Assembly (NCBI RefSeq): GCF_000008465.1
Contig: NC_006512.1
Coordinates: 2,730,001-2,762,000, forward strand
Direction: 5' to 3'
From: Idiomarina loihiensis L2TR
GTDB lineage: Bacteria > Pseudomonadota > Gammaproteobacteria > Enterobacterales > Alteromonadaceae
Length of the DNA stretch: 32,000 nt
Both the position numbers and the translations under genes were made by a program. Below, piece by piece: positions 9,471-18,759 of this stretch (positions are counted from its first letter, which is position 1; the number at the start of each line of letters is the position of its first letter). The notes under the pieces are model-generated. The model saw only the letters and a program-made list of their open reading frames with translations. It did no database searches and was not told the DNA's origin.

Positions 9471-10294
9471 AACACCATTTGTCCATCGTAAACTAATTCT
9501 GCGGGGCCGGTCATTTTTACAGGCTGCCCCTGCTGCCAACGGATAATTAAGTCCCCGCCGGGCAAGCTGACTTTTACTCGCTCATTTAATAAGCCTTGCT
9601 GAATGCCGGCTACAGCTGCGGCGCAGGCGCCACTGCCGCACGCCCGAGTTTCACCAACACCACGCTCAAACACGCGCAGTTTAATTTCATCAGCCGATAC
9701 TTTCTGCATAAAACCTACATTCACGCTTTCGGGGAACCGCTCATGCGCTGCCAAAGCCGCTCCCAGAGTTTCCACGGGTGTCGTGTCGACGTTATCCACA
9801 GCGATAACACAATGCGGATTGCCCAGACCAAGAACACCACAAAGAACCGTTTCTTCTTTTACTCTCAAAACATAGGTCTGTTCTGCTTTTTGCGCTTTAA
9901 AAGGCACCGCCGCCGGTTCGAATAAGGGTTCGCCCATATCCACCGTCACCTGACCGTCTTTCTCTAAGTGCAGAACCATTTTTCCGGCCTTGGTACTGAC
10001 TTTAAGGTGATTCTTATTGCTTAAGTTTTTAGCTTTTACAAACTTCGCAAAGCAGCGGGCACCATTACCACATTGAGCAACTTCGCTGCCATCGGCATTA
10101 AAAATGCGGTAGTGAAAATCCAAATCAGGGTCATAGGGCGGCTCAACTAACAGCATCTGATCAAAACCAATGCCCGTGTGCCGGTCTGCCCAGCGACGTA
10201 TTTGGTCTGGGTTCACATATAAATTCTGAGTGACGTTATCCACCACCATAAAGTCGTTGCCGAGCCCGTGCATTTTTGAAAAATGTAATAACAT
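9467..10294 (-). CDS. dapF: Diaminopimelate epimerase
   Basis: 275 aa with [15 protein letters not shown], both catalytic Cys motifs (CGNGARC and ACGSGACA). Confidence 0.95.
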   Translation of the reverse strand: MLLHFSKMHGLGNDFMVVDNVTQNLYVNPDQIRRWADRHTGIGFDQMLLVEPPYDPDLDFHYRIFNADGSEVAQCGNGARCFAKFVKAKNLSNKNHLKVSTKAGKMVLHLEKDGQVTVDMGEPLFEPAAVPFKAQKAEQTYVLRVKEETVLCGVLGLGNPHCVIAVDNVDTTPVETLGAALAAHERFPESVNVGFMQKVSADEIKLRVFERGVGETRACGSGACAAAVAGIQQGLLNERVKVSLPGGDLIIRWQQGQPVKMTGPAELVYDGQMVL

Positions 10295-10296
10295 TT

Positions 10297-11559
10297 TTAT
10301 TGGCCTTCCTGGTGTAACAAGTGCTCGCCCCGGACGAGATCGTTAAAGCTTTCACGTTCGCGGATCAGTGTAGCATTATCACCTGAGACCAAAACCTCGG
10401 GCGGGCGGCCACGACTGTTATAGTTAGACGCCATAGTAAAACCATAGGCACCGGCATGTTTAATGGCCAGTACGTCGCCCTGTTGCACATTTAAATGCCG
10501 TGCGTGTCCGAAAAAGTCGCCGGTTTCACACACCGGGCCGACAATATCATTCAACTGGTCGCCGCCGCGCTTATTTTCGTGCGCGGGTAAAATGTCGTGC
10601 CAGGCCTGGTACAAAGACGGACGTATTAAATCGTTCATGCCGGCGTCAACCAACACAAAGTTCTTATCTTCTGAGGGTTTAATGTATTCCACTGTGGTCA
10701 GCAAAACACCCGCGTCTGCGGTAATAGCACGACCGGGTTCCAGTACCAAAGTAATTTGCGGGTAATTCTCGGCTAACTTGACCAGTTCCTTTAAATAAAA
10801 GGACTTATCCAACGGCTCTTCCGGCTGATACGCCACACCAAAACCGCCACCTAAATCCAGGTGTGTCAGCTGGACACCGTCTTTTTCCAGTTCCGAAACC
10901 AGGTTAAACATGCGCTGCGCGGCATCGAGGAAAGGCTCAGCTGTCATTATTTGTGAGCCAATATGGCAGTCCGCACCAATTAAATTAATATTAGGTAGGC
11001 TATGCGCCTTCAGAAAAACCGGCTTGGCCAGTGACATGCTAATGCCAAACTTGTTGGCTTTCATGCCTGTGGCAATGTACGGATGCGTTTTGGCATCAAC
11101 GTCGGGGTTCACTCTTAACGACACCGGAGCCTGTTTGTCCATGGCGGCAGCAATGTCCTGAATACGCTCAAGCTCCGCCTCAGACTCTACGTTAAAGCAG
11201 CCAATGCCCGCTTCCAGCGCCATAATGATTTCGTCTTTTGACTTCGCTACACCGGAAAAGACCACGTCGCCAGCTTTACCACCAGCCATGAGTACGCGCT
11301 GAAGCTCGCCACCGGAAACAATATCGAAACCTGCGCCATGCTCAGCCAGTAACTGCAAAATAGCTAAATTGCTATTGGCTTTTACTGCATAACACAGCTT
11401 ATGAGGTGCGGGCCAGTATTGCTGAAACTCACGCCAGTTTTTTAGAATCTGACCTTTGGAATAAACATACAAAGGCGAACTAAAACGCTCAATAAGACTC
11501 TCGACGTCGCAGTTTTCAATATGAAACTGACCATTTTTATAGTCAATTAATTCGCTCAT
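10297..11559 (-). CDS. lysA: Diaminopimelate decarboxylase
   Basis: 420 aa. Fold-III PLP decarboxylase pattern (YAVKANSN with the PLP lysine, GGGFGV, CETGD). Confidence 0.95.
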   Translation of the reverse strand: MSELIDYKNGQFHIENCDVESLIERFSSPLYVYSKGQILKNWREFQQYWPAPHKLCYAVKANSNLAILQLLAEHGAGFDIVSGGELQRVLMAGGKAGDVVFSGVAKSKDEIIMALEAGIGCFNVESEAELERIQDIAAAMDKQAPVSLRVNPDVDAKTHPYIATGMKANKFGISMSLAKPVFLKAHSLPNINLIGADCHIGSQIMTAEPFLDAAQRMFNLVSELEKDGVQLTHLDLGGGFGVAYQPEEPLDKSFYLKELVKLAENYPQITLVLEPGRAITADAGVLLTTVEYIKPSEDKNFVLVDAGMNDLIRPSLYQAWHDILPAHENKRGGDQLNDIVGPVCETGDFFGHARHLNVQQGDVLAIKHAGAYGFTMASNYNSRGRPPEVLVSGDNATLIRERESFNDLVRGEHLLHQEGQ

Positions 11560-11702
11560 TTGGTGTCTTCCGCTGGCGGCTCTGCAGGTGTATTTTGCTC
11601 TGGCATAGGCTCAGGCGTCAGTGGTCCTTTCTGACCACAACCGACTAAAGTCATTAAAATGGCTGATAGCACCAGCGTCTTGATTACAATTCGACTAAAC
11701 AT
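11556..11702 (-). CDS. lptM: Small lipoprotein LptM (YifL)
   Basis: Not in the ORF track (48 aa). My manual translation is [48 protein letters not shown]. It has a lipobox (LVGC) followed by the conserved GxKGPL and a Pro-rich tail. Its TGA overlaps the lysA ATG (ATGA). The position upstream of lysA/dapF is canonical. Confidence 0.75.
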   Translation of the reverse strand: MFSRIVIKTLVLSAILMTLVGCGQKGPLTPEPMPEQNTPAEPPAEDTK

Positions 11703-11794
11703 CGCTAAACTATAGGTATTCCGTTTGGGTTTCTATGATGCCTATCATCGCACCAGATACCTAAAAAGTCATTAATCGTCGTAAAGGAAAACGA

Positions 11795-12736
11795 ATGACC
11801 CAACGCGTTAGAATTGCAACACGCAAAAGCAAGCTGGCTTTATGGCAGGCTGAACACATTCAACAACGCCTTGAAGAGCTGCATCCGGGCCTGTCGGTAG
11901 AGCTGGTTCCTATGTCTACCAAGGGCGATGTCATTCTGGATACCCCGCTGGCAAAAATTGGCGGTAAAGGCTTGTTCGTAAAAGAACTGGAAGTGGCGAT
12001 GCTGGAAGGCCGTGCTGATATTGCCGTACACAGCATGAAAGACTTACCGGTTGAGTTCCCGCCGGGGCTGGAGCTTCACACCATTTGCGAACGCGAAGAT
12101 CCGCGCGATGCTTTTGTATCCAACAACTACAAAAACCTTAATGAGCTGCCGGAAGGCGCAGTAGTCGGAACCTGTAGTTTACGTCGCCGCTGCCAGGTAA
12201 AAGAGCAGTTTCCACATTTAGTCATAAAAGATTTACGCGGCAACGTTCAAACACGTTTACGCAAACTGGATGAAGGTGAATTTGATGCCATTATCCTGGC
12301 GGCATCGGGTCTCATTCGACTGGAGCTGGGAGACCGCATTACCTCCTTTATTCCGGTGGAGCAGTCATTACCGGCTAATGGACAAGGCGCACTGGGTATT
12401 GAGTGCCGCAGCGATGACGACGAAATGAAAGCCTTACTTGCACCGCTGCAATGTCAGGAAACCCGTACCCGGGTGTTAGCTGAACGGGCAATGAACCGCG
12501 GGCTGGATGGCGGCTGTCAGGTGCCTATTGGTGCTTATGCAGAGCTGGAAGGTGATGAAGTCTATTTACGCGGCCTGGTTGGTGAACCTGATGGCGGAAA
12601 AGTGCTTCGTGATGAAGTGCGCGGCCCGGCGTCTAAAGCCGAAGAGTTAGGTTCAGAGCTTGCTGAGCGGTTACTTAAACAAGGTGCAGCTGAAATTCTG
12701 AGCGCAGTCTATGACAGTGAATCCAGTCACTCATAA
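11795..12736 (+). CDS. hemC: Porphobilinogen deaminase (hydroxymethylbilane synthase)
   Basis: 313 aa with [23 protein letters not shown] and the cofactor-binding Cys region ([11 protein letters not shown]). Confidence 0.95.
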   Translation: MTQRVRIATRKSKLALWQAEHIQQRLEELHPGLSVELVPMSTKGDVILDTPLAKIGGKGLFVKELEVAMLEGRADIAVHSMKDLPVEFPPGLELHTICEREDPRDAFVSNNYKNLNELPEGAVVGTCSLRRRCQVKEQFPHLVIKDLRGNVQTRLRKLDEGEFDAIILAASGLIRLELGDRITSFIPVEQSLPANGQGALGIECRSDDDEMKALLAPLQCQETRTRVLAERAMNRGLDGGCQVPIGAYAELEGDEVYLRGLVGEPDGGKVLRDEVRGPASKAEELGSELAERLLKQGAAEILSAVYDSESSHS

Positions 12737-13472
12737 AGCGGTTTTACTGCTGCGTCCGGGCAAGAGTCCGGACGACTTTACCCAACAGCTGCGCAAAACT
12801 GGCAGAGAATGCTTTGTTCACAGTTTTATTGAGATAGAGCCTTTACCTGTGAATAAAGAGCAGCTGACCCAGATTAAACAAAAGCATTGGGACGGCATTG
12901 TTATTGTCAGTAAAAATGCAGCTCATTATGCCTCCCGGGCTGGTTTTAGCGGGGTTCCTTCTAAATATTATGCAGTCGGTCCGGGAACCGCTTCTTTTGC
13001 GTGCAAACATTTAAACACTGCCGTGAGCTGTCCGGCCTTCATACATCAGTCGGAAGGGTTGCTGGAGTTGTCTGAATTACAAAAACTGCAGCAACAGAAC
13101 TGGTTGATCATTCGCGGAGAAGGCGGTCGTGAATTATTGGCGGATGCCATACGAGCTCGCGGAGCTTCTGTCGATTACTGGGAAGTGTATCGCCGAAAAC
13201 AACTCACATTGAACGACCCTGAACTGATTCAGCAGTGGATAAGCTCAGTTGGTACTATTGTTGTTACCAGCGCTGAACAACTGGGATACTTTTTGTCGTC
13301 TATGCCAAACTCTGCCCAAAGCTGGCTGGATAGCTGTCAGTGGATAGTTCCAAGTCATCGCCTGAAAGGTTTGATTCCTTTCGGACAATCAGACAATATC
13401 AAAGTGACAGGCAGTGCAGCGGACGCCATATTAATGAATGCGCTAATAGCGGATGGAAAAACTCATGACTGA
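12711..13472 (+). CDS. hemD: Uroporphyrinogen-III synthase
   Basis: 253 aa, immediately after hemC with a 26-nt overlap. Size and position fit HemD, but the start codon is uncertain (GTG 12717 is also possible). Confidence 0.8.
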   Translation: MTVNPVTHKAVLLLRPGKSPDDFTQQLRKTGRECFVHSFIEIEPLPVNKEQLTQIKQKHWDGIVIVSKNAAHYASRAGFSGVPSKYYAVGPGTASFACKHLNTAVSCPAFIHQSEGLLELSELQKLQQQNWLIIRGEGGRELLADAIRARGASVDYWEVYRRKQLTLNDPELIQQWISSVGTIVVTSAEQLGYFLSSMPNSAQSWLDSCQWIVPSHRLKGLIPFGQSDNIKVTGSAADAILMNALIADGKTHD

Positions 13473-14592
13473 AGAGAATAAAATTGAGAACGAAGAAGTT
13501 CAGAATAATGAACAAAGTAGCGAGAAGAGCACAGAAGAAGAAACCATAACCGCCGAGAAAAGTAGCGGGCGTTTCTTCAAACGCTTAGTCTGGCTTATTG
13601 TTTTAATCGCTATTGTCGCCGCCGCATACTGGGGCTATACGCGTTTCCCTGGTTTATTTAAGACAGACTCTGAACAGGTTAGTGAGCAACCGCAGGAAGA
13701 TCCGATTGAAACGCGCTTTAAACAACTGGAGCGCTCTGTTGGAAACCTGGAGCAGCAACTACAAAACACTGTTCAGGCTCGCGAGCTGGATAAGCTGAGT
13801 AACACCGATCAGCAGCTAGAGCGCGAGTTAACCAGTTTGCGTCAGAGCCTCGAAGATCTTCGTGACGACATGCGCAAAACGCCTGCCGAAAAAGCGGCTT
13901 ACTGGCGTCTACTGGAAATAAAACAAACCTTATCGGCGGCTGCACGAATGATGTGGAGCCAGGACGACTACAAAGCGGCGCTGCAACTTTTGAAATTAGC
14001 CGACCAACAGTTGGCGGGTATCGACAGTCGTAACGCAATTCGTACCCGCGAGAAGCTAGCGGGCGATATTGAGCGAGTGAATGCCGCAGTTAAAGCAGAC
14101 AATACTGACCTGGCAATGCAACTCGTGGGTCTGCAACAACGCGTGTCAGACCTGCCCGACGAAGTAAACAGTAATCAACAGCGCTTAAGTTCTGACACCC
14201 AGAATGTCAGTGGTGATGTTAATGACTGGCAAACGAACCTGAGTGCTAACTGGCAGTCCTTCCTTGATAACTTTATCCGCATTCAACCCGTAGACAGCGA
14301 TCCTAAACCTCTGCTGAGTGCGACCCAGCGCACAGCAATAAACGAACGCATTCAACTACTCTTTACTCTGGCTCAACAGGCGGCTGTAAAGAATAATGAT
14401 GAATTGTGGCAGAGCTACCTGGACCAATTATCTAAGCTAATTGCGCAGGTAAAAGGCGATGGTGCAGCTTCACAGGATATTATTTCGCGTATTCAGTCAC
14501 TAGGCCAGGAAGACTTTGAACAGCAGAGTATAGAGCAGCTTGAATCGCTGGACTTCATCGCTCAGGCTATTGAGCAGGGAGATGCCTCATGA
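13453..14592 (+). CDS. hemX: HemX-like membrane protein (uroporphyrinogen-III C-methyltransferase-annotated family)
   Basis: 379 aa with an acidic N-terminus, one TM helix (LVWLIVLIAIVAAAYWGY) and a long coiled-coil, in the hemCDXY order. The alternative start ATG 13465 overlaps the hemD stop. Confidence 0.75.
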   Translation: MEKLMTEENKIENEEVQNNEQSSEKSTEEETITAEKSSGRFFKRLVWLIVLIAIVAAAYWGYTRFPGLFKTDSEQVSEQPQEDPIETRFKQLERSVGNLEQQLQNTVQARELDKLSNTDQQLERELTSLRQSLEDLRDDMRKTPAEKAAYWRLLEIKQTLSAAARMMWSQDDYKAALQLLKLADQQLAGIDSRNAIRTREKLAGDIERVNAAVKADNTDLAMQLVGLQQRVSDLPDEVNSNQQRLSSDTQNVSGDVNDWQTNLSANWQSFLDNFIRIQPVDSDPKPLLSATQRTAINERIQLLFTLAQQAAVKNNDELWQSYLDQLSKLIAQVKGDGAASQDIISRIQSLGQEDFEQQSIEQLESLDFIAQAIEQGDAS

Positions 14593-15752
14593 AATGGATC
14601 ATAGCTCTGGTTGTCATCATTATATTGGGGGCCATTATTGGACCACTCGCGTCGGGTAACGCGGGCTATGTTTTAGTTCAGTTTGCCGGAGTAGCGATTG
14701 AGACAACCGTAGTCGGCCTGTTTGTCGTTACTATTGTGGCAATTGCCGTACTCAGTGTTGTGGTGTCGTTACTGCGCCGGCTGCTTAGCAAAACCCGCCA
14801 GGGTCGGAAGTGGTTGGCAAATCGAAGCGAACGTAAAGCTCAGAACATTTTTCAGCAGGGCATACGCGAGCTGCTCGATGACAATCCCGAAAAAGCAACT
14901 GAGAGCCTGTCTAAGGCTTACAAAAAATCTCCTGATAACAACATTGCCGCGTTAACTGCAATTGCCGCCTGCCTCAATAAAGACGCCGGAAAGGCAACTT
15001 ACTGGCACGATGAAGCAGGGGCATTTTATGATAATGCAGATACACTGCTTCAGCTTGTTTCTATTGAACAGTCAGTAAAAAAAGACCCGACAGAAGCGGA
15101 TAAAGAGATGCGAAGCTTATTAGAAGCTAAGCCACACTCTGCCAATGTACTTAAGTTAGCTTATCGGGTCTTTAAAGCGTCGGGAAACTGGCAGCAACTG
15201 AAAGAGCTATTACCTGAGTTGCGCCGTGTAACCGACCTTGCTCCAGCCGAATTTGACCGTCTTGAATATCAAGTCTATTTTGAACGCTTTGTTGCTGAGG
15301 GTCGCAAAAGTAACGAGATGCTGTACAACGAATGGCGCAGCCTTCCCAGTAAACAACGCAGCGACGCAACCATCAGGTTGAGTTATGCCGCCGCGTTAAA
15401 ACATTTAGGTGATTACGAAGTCTCTGCCAGAGTGGTTTTAAAAGGATTAAAAAGAGGGGAGTTGCAACCAGCTGCCGTTAACTCTTTGCATTTATTTAAT
15501 GCGAAATCGGAGAAGTTGCTGGAGTTTGTTCAAGCTCAGTTGAAACAAGATCCGGAAAATAGAGATTACCTCTATGCTCTTGCACAAATCGCTATGGATA
15601 ATCAGGATTTCTCGTTAGCGCAACGTGCTTTGAAAAAGTTAGCAGAAATTGAACCCAGCAGTCACGTCTACCGCTTATTGGGCAATGCTTATCATGCTCT
15701 TGGTGATAGTCAGCTAGCTGCTAACGCCTATAAAGAGGCGTTAGCTCACTAG
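14589..15752 (+). CDS. hemY: HemY-like TPR membrane protein
   Basis: 387 aa with two N-terminal TM helices and then TPR-like repeats. Its ATG overlaps the hemX TGA (ATGA). Confidence 0.8.
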   Translation: MKWIIALVVIIILGAIIGPLASGNAGYVLVQFAGVAIETTVVGLFVVTIVAIAVLSVVVSLLRRLLSKTRQGRKWLANRSERKAQNIFQQGIRELLDDNPEKATESLSKAYKKSPDNNIAALTAIAACLNKDAGKATYWHDEAGAFYDNADTLLQLVSIEQSVKKDPTEADKEMRSLLEAKPHSANVLKLAYRVFKASGNWQQLKELLPELRRVTDLAPAEFDRLEYQVYFERFVAEGRKSNEMLYNEWRSLPSKQRSDATIRLSYAAALKHLGDYEVSARVVLKGLKRGELQPAAVNSLHLFNAKSEKLLEFVQAQLKQDPENRDYLYALAQIAMDNQDFSLAQRALKKLAEIEPSSHVYRLLGNAYHALGDSQLAANAYKEALAH

Positions 15753-15771
15753 TTAAACGTTGGCGCTGTAA

Positions 15772-16353
15772 TTATTGACGTATACCTTCAATTGACAGCG
15801 TCAGCTCAACTTCTTTAGCCGTTGGGCCTAAGTTATAGTCAATTCCGTAATCGGCCAAGGTTAGGTCTACTTCACCTTCGAAGCCACGACGGAATCCGCC
15901 CCATGGATCTTTACCTGCACCAACATGCTCAACTTCGATAGCTATCTCTTTGGTTACACCATTAAGGGTGAATTCACCATACATAGTGCCTTCACCTTTA
16001 TCGTCATCGTCCGGAACATACTTAGTACTTTTGAACGTTGCAGTAGGGTGCTCAGAAACACTCAAGAAGTCATCGCCACGTAAGTGTTTGTCACGCTCAG
16101 CGTGGTTAGTATCAACGCTGGAGGTATCGATTGTGACGTTAACAGAGGCATTCTCCGGTGCATTCTCGTCATAGCTAAAGGAGCCTTCGAAGTCGTTAAA
16201 ACGGCCGTATAACCAACTGTAGCCTAAGTGACTAATTTTAAACTCAATAAAGGCGTGTTGACCTTCAGTATCAATTTTATAGTCTTCAGCTATAGCTGCC
16301 GACGTAAATAACGCACTACCCGCTACAGCGGCTGCAACTAATGTCTTTTTCAT
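15772..16353 (-). CDS. yceI: YceI-family periplasmic polyisoprenoid-binding protein
   Basis: 193 aa with a signal peptide and YceI motifs ([36 protein letters not shown]). Confidence 0.85.
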   Translation of the reverse strand: MKKTLVAAAVAGSALFTSAAIAEDYKIDTEGQHAFIEFKISHLGYSWLYGRFNDFEGSFSYDENAPENASVNVTIDTSSVDTNHAERDKHLRGDDFLSVSEHPTATFKSTKYVPDDDDKGEGTMYGEFTLNGVTKEIAIEVEHVGAGKDPWGGFRRGFEGEVDLTLADYGIDYNLGPTAKEVELTLSIEGIRQ

Positions 16354-16904
16354 TATGATTTCCTCTTAGTTTTTCCAAACATTCGAATAAGTGTGCTGTC
16401 TCTATTAATAAAATGATGTTTCAGCGCTGCTAACCCATGCCCACCAGCCAGGATCACTAAAGACAACGCTGAATACCAATGTATGTCACCAGCAATATCT
16501 TCTTGCTTTGGTAAATCGGTTATTACTGCTGGTACCGAGAACCAGTCAAATACGCTGATAGAACTACCATCTGCTGTTGAAATCAAAAAACCGCTAATCA
16601 TTACTGTGAATAGCAGTAAATAAAGTAAAAAGTGGCCTGCTTTTGCTCCTAACCGCTCGAACTTGCTACCTAAAGGTTTAGGCTTAGTATTGGTTAAAGT
16701 CCAGAACACTCGTAAAACCGTTACAATAAGTAAGGTAATGCCAAACGATTTATGCCACCAGGGGCCAAGACGATACCACTCGTCGTAGTAGGTCAGAGTT
16801 AGCATCCACCAGCCTAAAGCAAATAAACCAAATATTATTAAGGCCGACAGCCAGTGAATTAATACTGCTGTCAAACCGTATTTATCTGATGTGTTTTTCC
16901 ACAT
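16353..16904 (-). CDS. Cytochrome b561 family protein
   Basis: 183 aa, 4 TM helices with conserved His residues (IHWLSAL ... GHFLLY ... HGLAALKHH). Its stop overlaps the yceI start by 1 nt, which is the usual cybB-yceI pairing. Confidence 0.85.
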   Translation of the reverse strand: MWKNTSDKYGLTAVLIHWLSALIIFGLFALGWWMLTLTYYDEWYRLGPWWHKSFGITLLIVTVLRVFWTLTNTKPKPLGSKFERLGAKAGHFLLYLLLFTVMISGFLISTADGSSISVFDWFSVPAVITDLPKQEDIAGDIHWYSALSLVILAGGHGLAALKHHFINRDSTLIRMFGKTKRKS

Positions 16905-16999
16905 AAAGTTTTCCTGATTTGTCTAAGTTTTATGTTAGTTCATATTTATAGAATGAAAATACGTATTATTAGTAGATTAACATCTAATTAATAGAATGT

Positions 17000-17026
17000 A
17001 GTAGCCTGATGCTTTTGCATCAGGTG
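17000..17026. repeat. REP-like hairpin, copy A (AGTAGCCTGATG-cttttg-CATCAGGTG)
   Basis: 8-bp stem cctgatgc/gcatcagg with a tttt loop. Both arms are identical to copies B and C, but the orientation is inverted. Confidence 0.7.
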
Positions 17027-17147
17027 GGGTGATTGTGGTGGACGCTCGGGATAGAGTAATCGAAAGGCCGGTTGGTGAGCTGGGTACCGGGGTAAATGCG
17101 CTGCGGCTTCAGCTTTAAAAGGAGTAAAGGAGTAAAGCCTCAGAGAG

Positions 17148-17162
17148 CTCACCTGACGTGAA
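17148..17162. repeat. REP-like hairpin, copy C, left half (ctcacctgacgtgaa), split by the IS
   Basis: 14/15 identical to 18947..18961 of the intact copy B. Confidence 0.75.
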
Positions 17163-17170
17163 TGTCATAT

Positions 17171-17183
17171 ATGGTCCCCTCCC
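17171..17183. repeat. Subterminal inverted repeat of the IS (atggtcccctccc), at the transposase 3' end
   Basis: Perfect reverse complement of 18530..18542. It is set 8 nt in from the deduced element end. Confidence 0.85.
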
Positions 17184-17429
17184 GTTTTGCAACGGCAACT
17201 CGTGGTAAATGTCGGGGCGCTCGCATATATACGGCCTGTTTATGGTGCGCGCTTTGCGCACCTGGCCTGGATGAACTCCGCACGACAACTGGCTTATCAG
17301 GCTAACGTACTTTATGTACGGACGTTCAACAGTCTCAGTTGTCGTCGGTTTACCCTATTTTACCATCCTGTTGACGTTTGCAACTCCCGGAAGGAATGAA
17401 CCTTCGCTGTGCTCTTTTACTGAATGCTG
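17171..17429 (-). ncRNA. Candidate IS110/IS1111 bridge (seek) guide RNA region
   Basis: This is 259 nt of noncoding DNA 3' of the transposase. A 9-bp stem (17283..17291 with 17336..17344) encloses a 44-nt loop containing a hairpin (17306..17320). The loop also holds a 9-nt string (17296..17304, atcaggcta) identical to the flank at 18546..18554. Segment 17201..17236 resembles an expanded copy of the junction at 17157..17177. Transcript ends and strand are not determined. Confidence 0.35.
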
Positions 17430-18461
17430 TTAAGCAGCAGTCATCCGGTAATCTTCTTTATTCTTTAACATCGCCCAGATTATCCGGGCGTGCTTGTTAG
17501 CCAGTGCCACCGCTGCAACGTTGTTGCCTCTGCGTTTAGCGACATCCTGTGCCCAGAGGCTCAGCCTGTCGTGGCGCTGTTGTGCCACCCGCAGTGCCGA
17601 GCGGGCGCCATGCACCAGCAGTGTCCTGAGTTTGGTGTTCCCTTTTTTGGTAATACCGCCTAAACGGTCTTTACCGCCACTGCTGTTTTGCCGTGGTACC
17701 AGTCCCAGGTATTCCGACAGGTTGCGGCCGCGTTTAAATTCACTCACATCACCTATCAGTGCCAGCAGCGAGGTCGCTGTTATCGGTCCGATACCCGGCA
17801 GGGTCATCAGCCGCTGACTGTCTTCATTCCTTTCGGCCTGTGTCGCTAAGTGCTTATCCAGCGCTTTAACTTCTTCATCCACCGCTCGCAGCATCTGATA
17901 GAGCCGGTTGATGAGGTCCCGTGACTGAAGCGTCAGCGCATTGCTGTCGTCTTCCAGTACCTCCGGTACTCTCTGTAATATCGTACCGACTCGCTTCGGT
18001 AAAAGAATGCCGTATTCGGCCAGTTGCCCCCGCAACCTATTCGAGAACTGCGTTCTCGTCTGCACGAAGCCTTCCCGCTGATTGACCATCAATGCTAAGT
18101 CCTGCTGCTCAATGCTTTTCAGCCTGACCGTCTGACGGTTGGGTCGTGATGCCGCCTCGGCTATTGCCCGGGCGTCATTCGCATCGTTCTTCTCACCCTG
18201 CAGGTACGCTTTGACGAAACGCGGTGGCAACGCCACCGTTTTATAACCCAGCTTTTCACATTCGCGGCGCCAGTAATGACTCATGCCGCAGGACTCAACC
18301 GCTACTTCACAGTCATCCGTACGGCTCAGCGTCGCCAGCTTCGCTAACACTTTATTGCTGCGCAGTTTTTTATTAAAAACTTCCTGCTCATTTTCATCCA
18401 GCGCCAAAACCTGAATAAAATCCTTTGCCAAATCCAGGGCAATTCTGTTTACAATAGCCAT
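17430..18461 (-). CDS. IS110-family DEDD transposase/recombinase
   Basis: The track ORF starts at 18542, inside the inverted repeat. ATG 18461 (MAIVNRIALDLAKDF...) follows a GGAGAGG Shine-Dalgarno sequence and gives the typical IS110 N-terminus. The C-terminal motif is PGIGPITATSLLALIGD...YLGLVPRQNSSGGK. Confidence 0.9.
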   Translation of the reverse strand: MAIVNRIALDLAKDFIQVLALDENEQEVFNKKLRSNKVLAKLATLSRTDDCEVAVESCGMSHYWRRECEKLGYKTVALPPRFVKAYLQGEKNDANDARAIAEAASRPNRQTVRLKSIEQQDLALMVNQREGFVQTRTQFSNRLRGQLAEYGILLPKRVGTILQRVPEVLEDDSNALTLQSRDLINRLYQMLRAVDEEVKALDKHLATQAERNEDSQRLMTLPGIGPITATSLLALIGDVSEFKRGRNLSEYLGLVPRQNSSGGKDRLGGITKKGNTKLRTLLVHGARSALRVAQQRHDRLSLWAQDVAKRRGNNVAAVALANKHARIIWAMLKNKEDYRMTAA

Positions 18462-18529
18462 TGGTCCTCTCCACTCTGTTCTATAGAAGCTTGAACCTCT
18501 ATATTGGCACATTGCGATGCCGCTTAGGA

Positions 18530-18542
18530 GGGAGGGGACCAT
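18530..18542. repeat. Subterminal inverted repeat of the IS (gggaggggaccat), at the transposase 5' end
   Basis: Perfect reverse complement of 17171..17183. It is set 2 nt in from the deduced element end. Confidence 0.85.
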
Positions 18543-18544
18543 CT

Positions 18545-18555
18545 CATCAGGCTAC
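18545..18555. repeat. REP-like hairpin, copy C, right half (catcaggctac)
   Basis: 11/11 identical to 18962..18972 of the intact copy B. Confidence 0.75.
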
Positions 18556-18566
18556 CCAGCAGACAT

Positions 18567-18594
18567 AAAAAAACCCCAGCCGGTTTGGCTGGGG
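18567..18594 (-). terminator. Rho-independent terminator (distal, second)
   Basis: On the minus strand: ccccagcc-aaacc-ggctgggg (8-bp GC-rich stem) followed by TTTTTTT. Confidence 0.8.
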
Positions 18595-18606
18595 TTATTT
18601 ATTTGT

Positions 18607-18715
18607 AGTCTGGACAAGGTTTCGAAGAGCTCAACCTGTTCAGCGGGGTAAAGCCAAATGGTTGGCTTTACCAGGGACCCGCTTCACCCTACTCTCGTCG
18701 TAGGTCACCACCAGA
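18607..18715 (-). other. 5S-flank-like structured module (degenerate second 5S gene or unknown small RNA)
   Basis: Its 5' end (tctggtgg) and 3' end (ccagactac) plus the following 14 nt and terminator mimic the ends of the real 5S. The interior is unrelated to 5S. It contains a perfect 10-bp hairpin (18647..18672) extended by a 5-bp outer stem. Confidence 0.3.
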
Positions 18716-18718
18716 AAT

Positions 18719-18747
18719 AAAAAAACCCCGGCGCGTTAGCACCGGGG
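18719..18747 (-). terminator. Rho-independent terminator of the rrn operon (proximal)
   Basis: On the minus strand: ccccgg-tgctaacgcg-ccgggg followed by TTTTTTT, 13 nt after the 5S 3' end. Confidence 0.8.
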
Positions 18748-18759
18748 TCTTCCTATTTG

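Larger units (their letters stand above)
17163..18544 (-). mobile_element. IS110-family insertion sequence (IS1111-subgroup-like), 1382 bp
   Basis: Boundaries come from comparing split hairpin copy C with intact copy B. The element has 13-bp perfect subterminal inverted repeats and a single DEDD-type transposase gene. There is no target-site duplication. The upstream noncoding arm is short (83 nt) and the downstream arm is long (267 nt). Confidence 0.85.

Noticed and set aside
16905-16999. The AT-rich 95-nt tract upstream of the cytochrome b561 gene as a possible island boundary or att site.
   Set aside because: It looks like an ordinary promoter and UP region. It has no direct repeats matching anything else in the window, and the genes on both sides are core.
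17121-17136. The tandem ggagtaaa-ggagtaaa and nearby repeats as a possible CRISPR array or minisatellite.
   Set aside because: There are only two 8-nt units with no spacers and no cas genes. No CRISPR-like array exists anywhere in the window.
17187-17399. A 70-aa plus-strand ORF inside the 3' arm of the IS.
   Set aside because: It has no Shine-Dalgarno sequence and an odd composition. It runs antisense through the hairpin-rich region, which is better explained as noncoding or guide RNA, and IS110-family elements carry a single gene.
18462-18542. The N-terminal 27-aa extension of the transposase ORF (MVPSLLSGIAMCQYRGSSFYRTEWRGP).
   Set aside because: It would start inside the terminal inverted repeat and has no ribosome-binding site. 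The internal ATG at 18461 has a GGAGAGG site and yields the canonical IS110 N-terminus.
18607-18715. The 5S-like module as a tRNA gene (tRNAs often follow 5S) or as a functional second 5S.
   Set aside because: I could not build a cloverleaf: there is no TTCRANY T-loop and no acceptor pairing. The interior lacks the conserved 5S loop A/C/E sequences (ccgaactcagaagtgaaac, gatggtagtgtgggg). It is kept only as an unexplained structured module.
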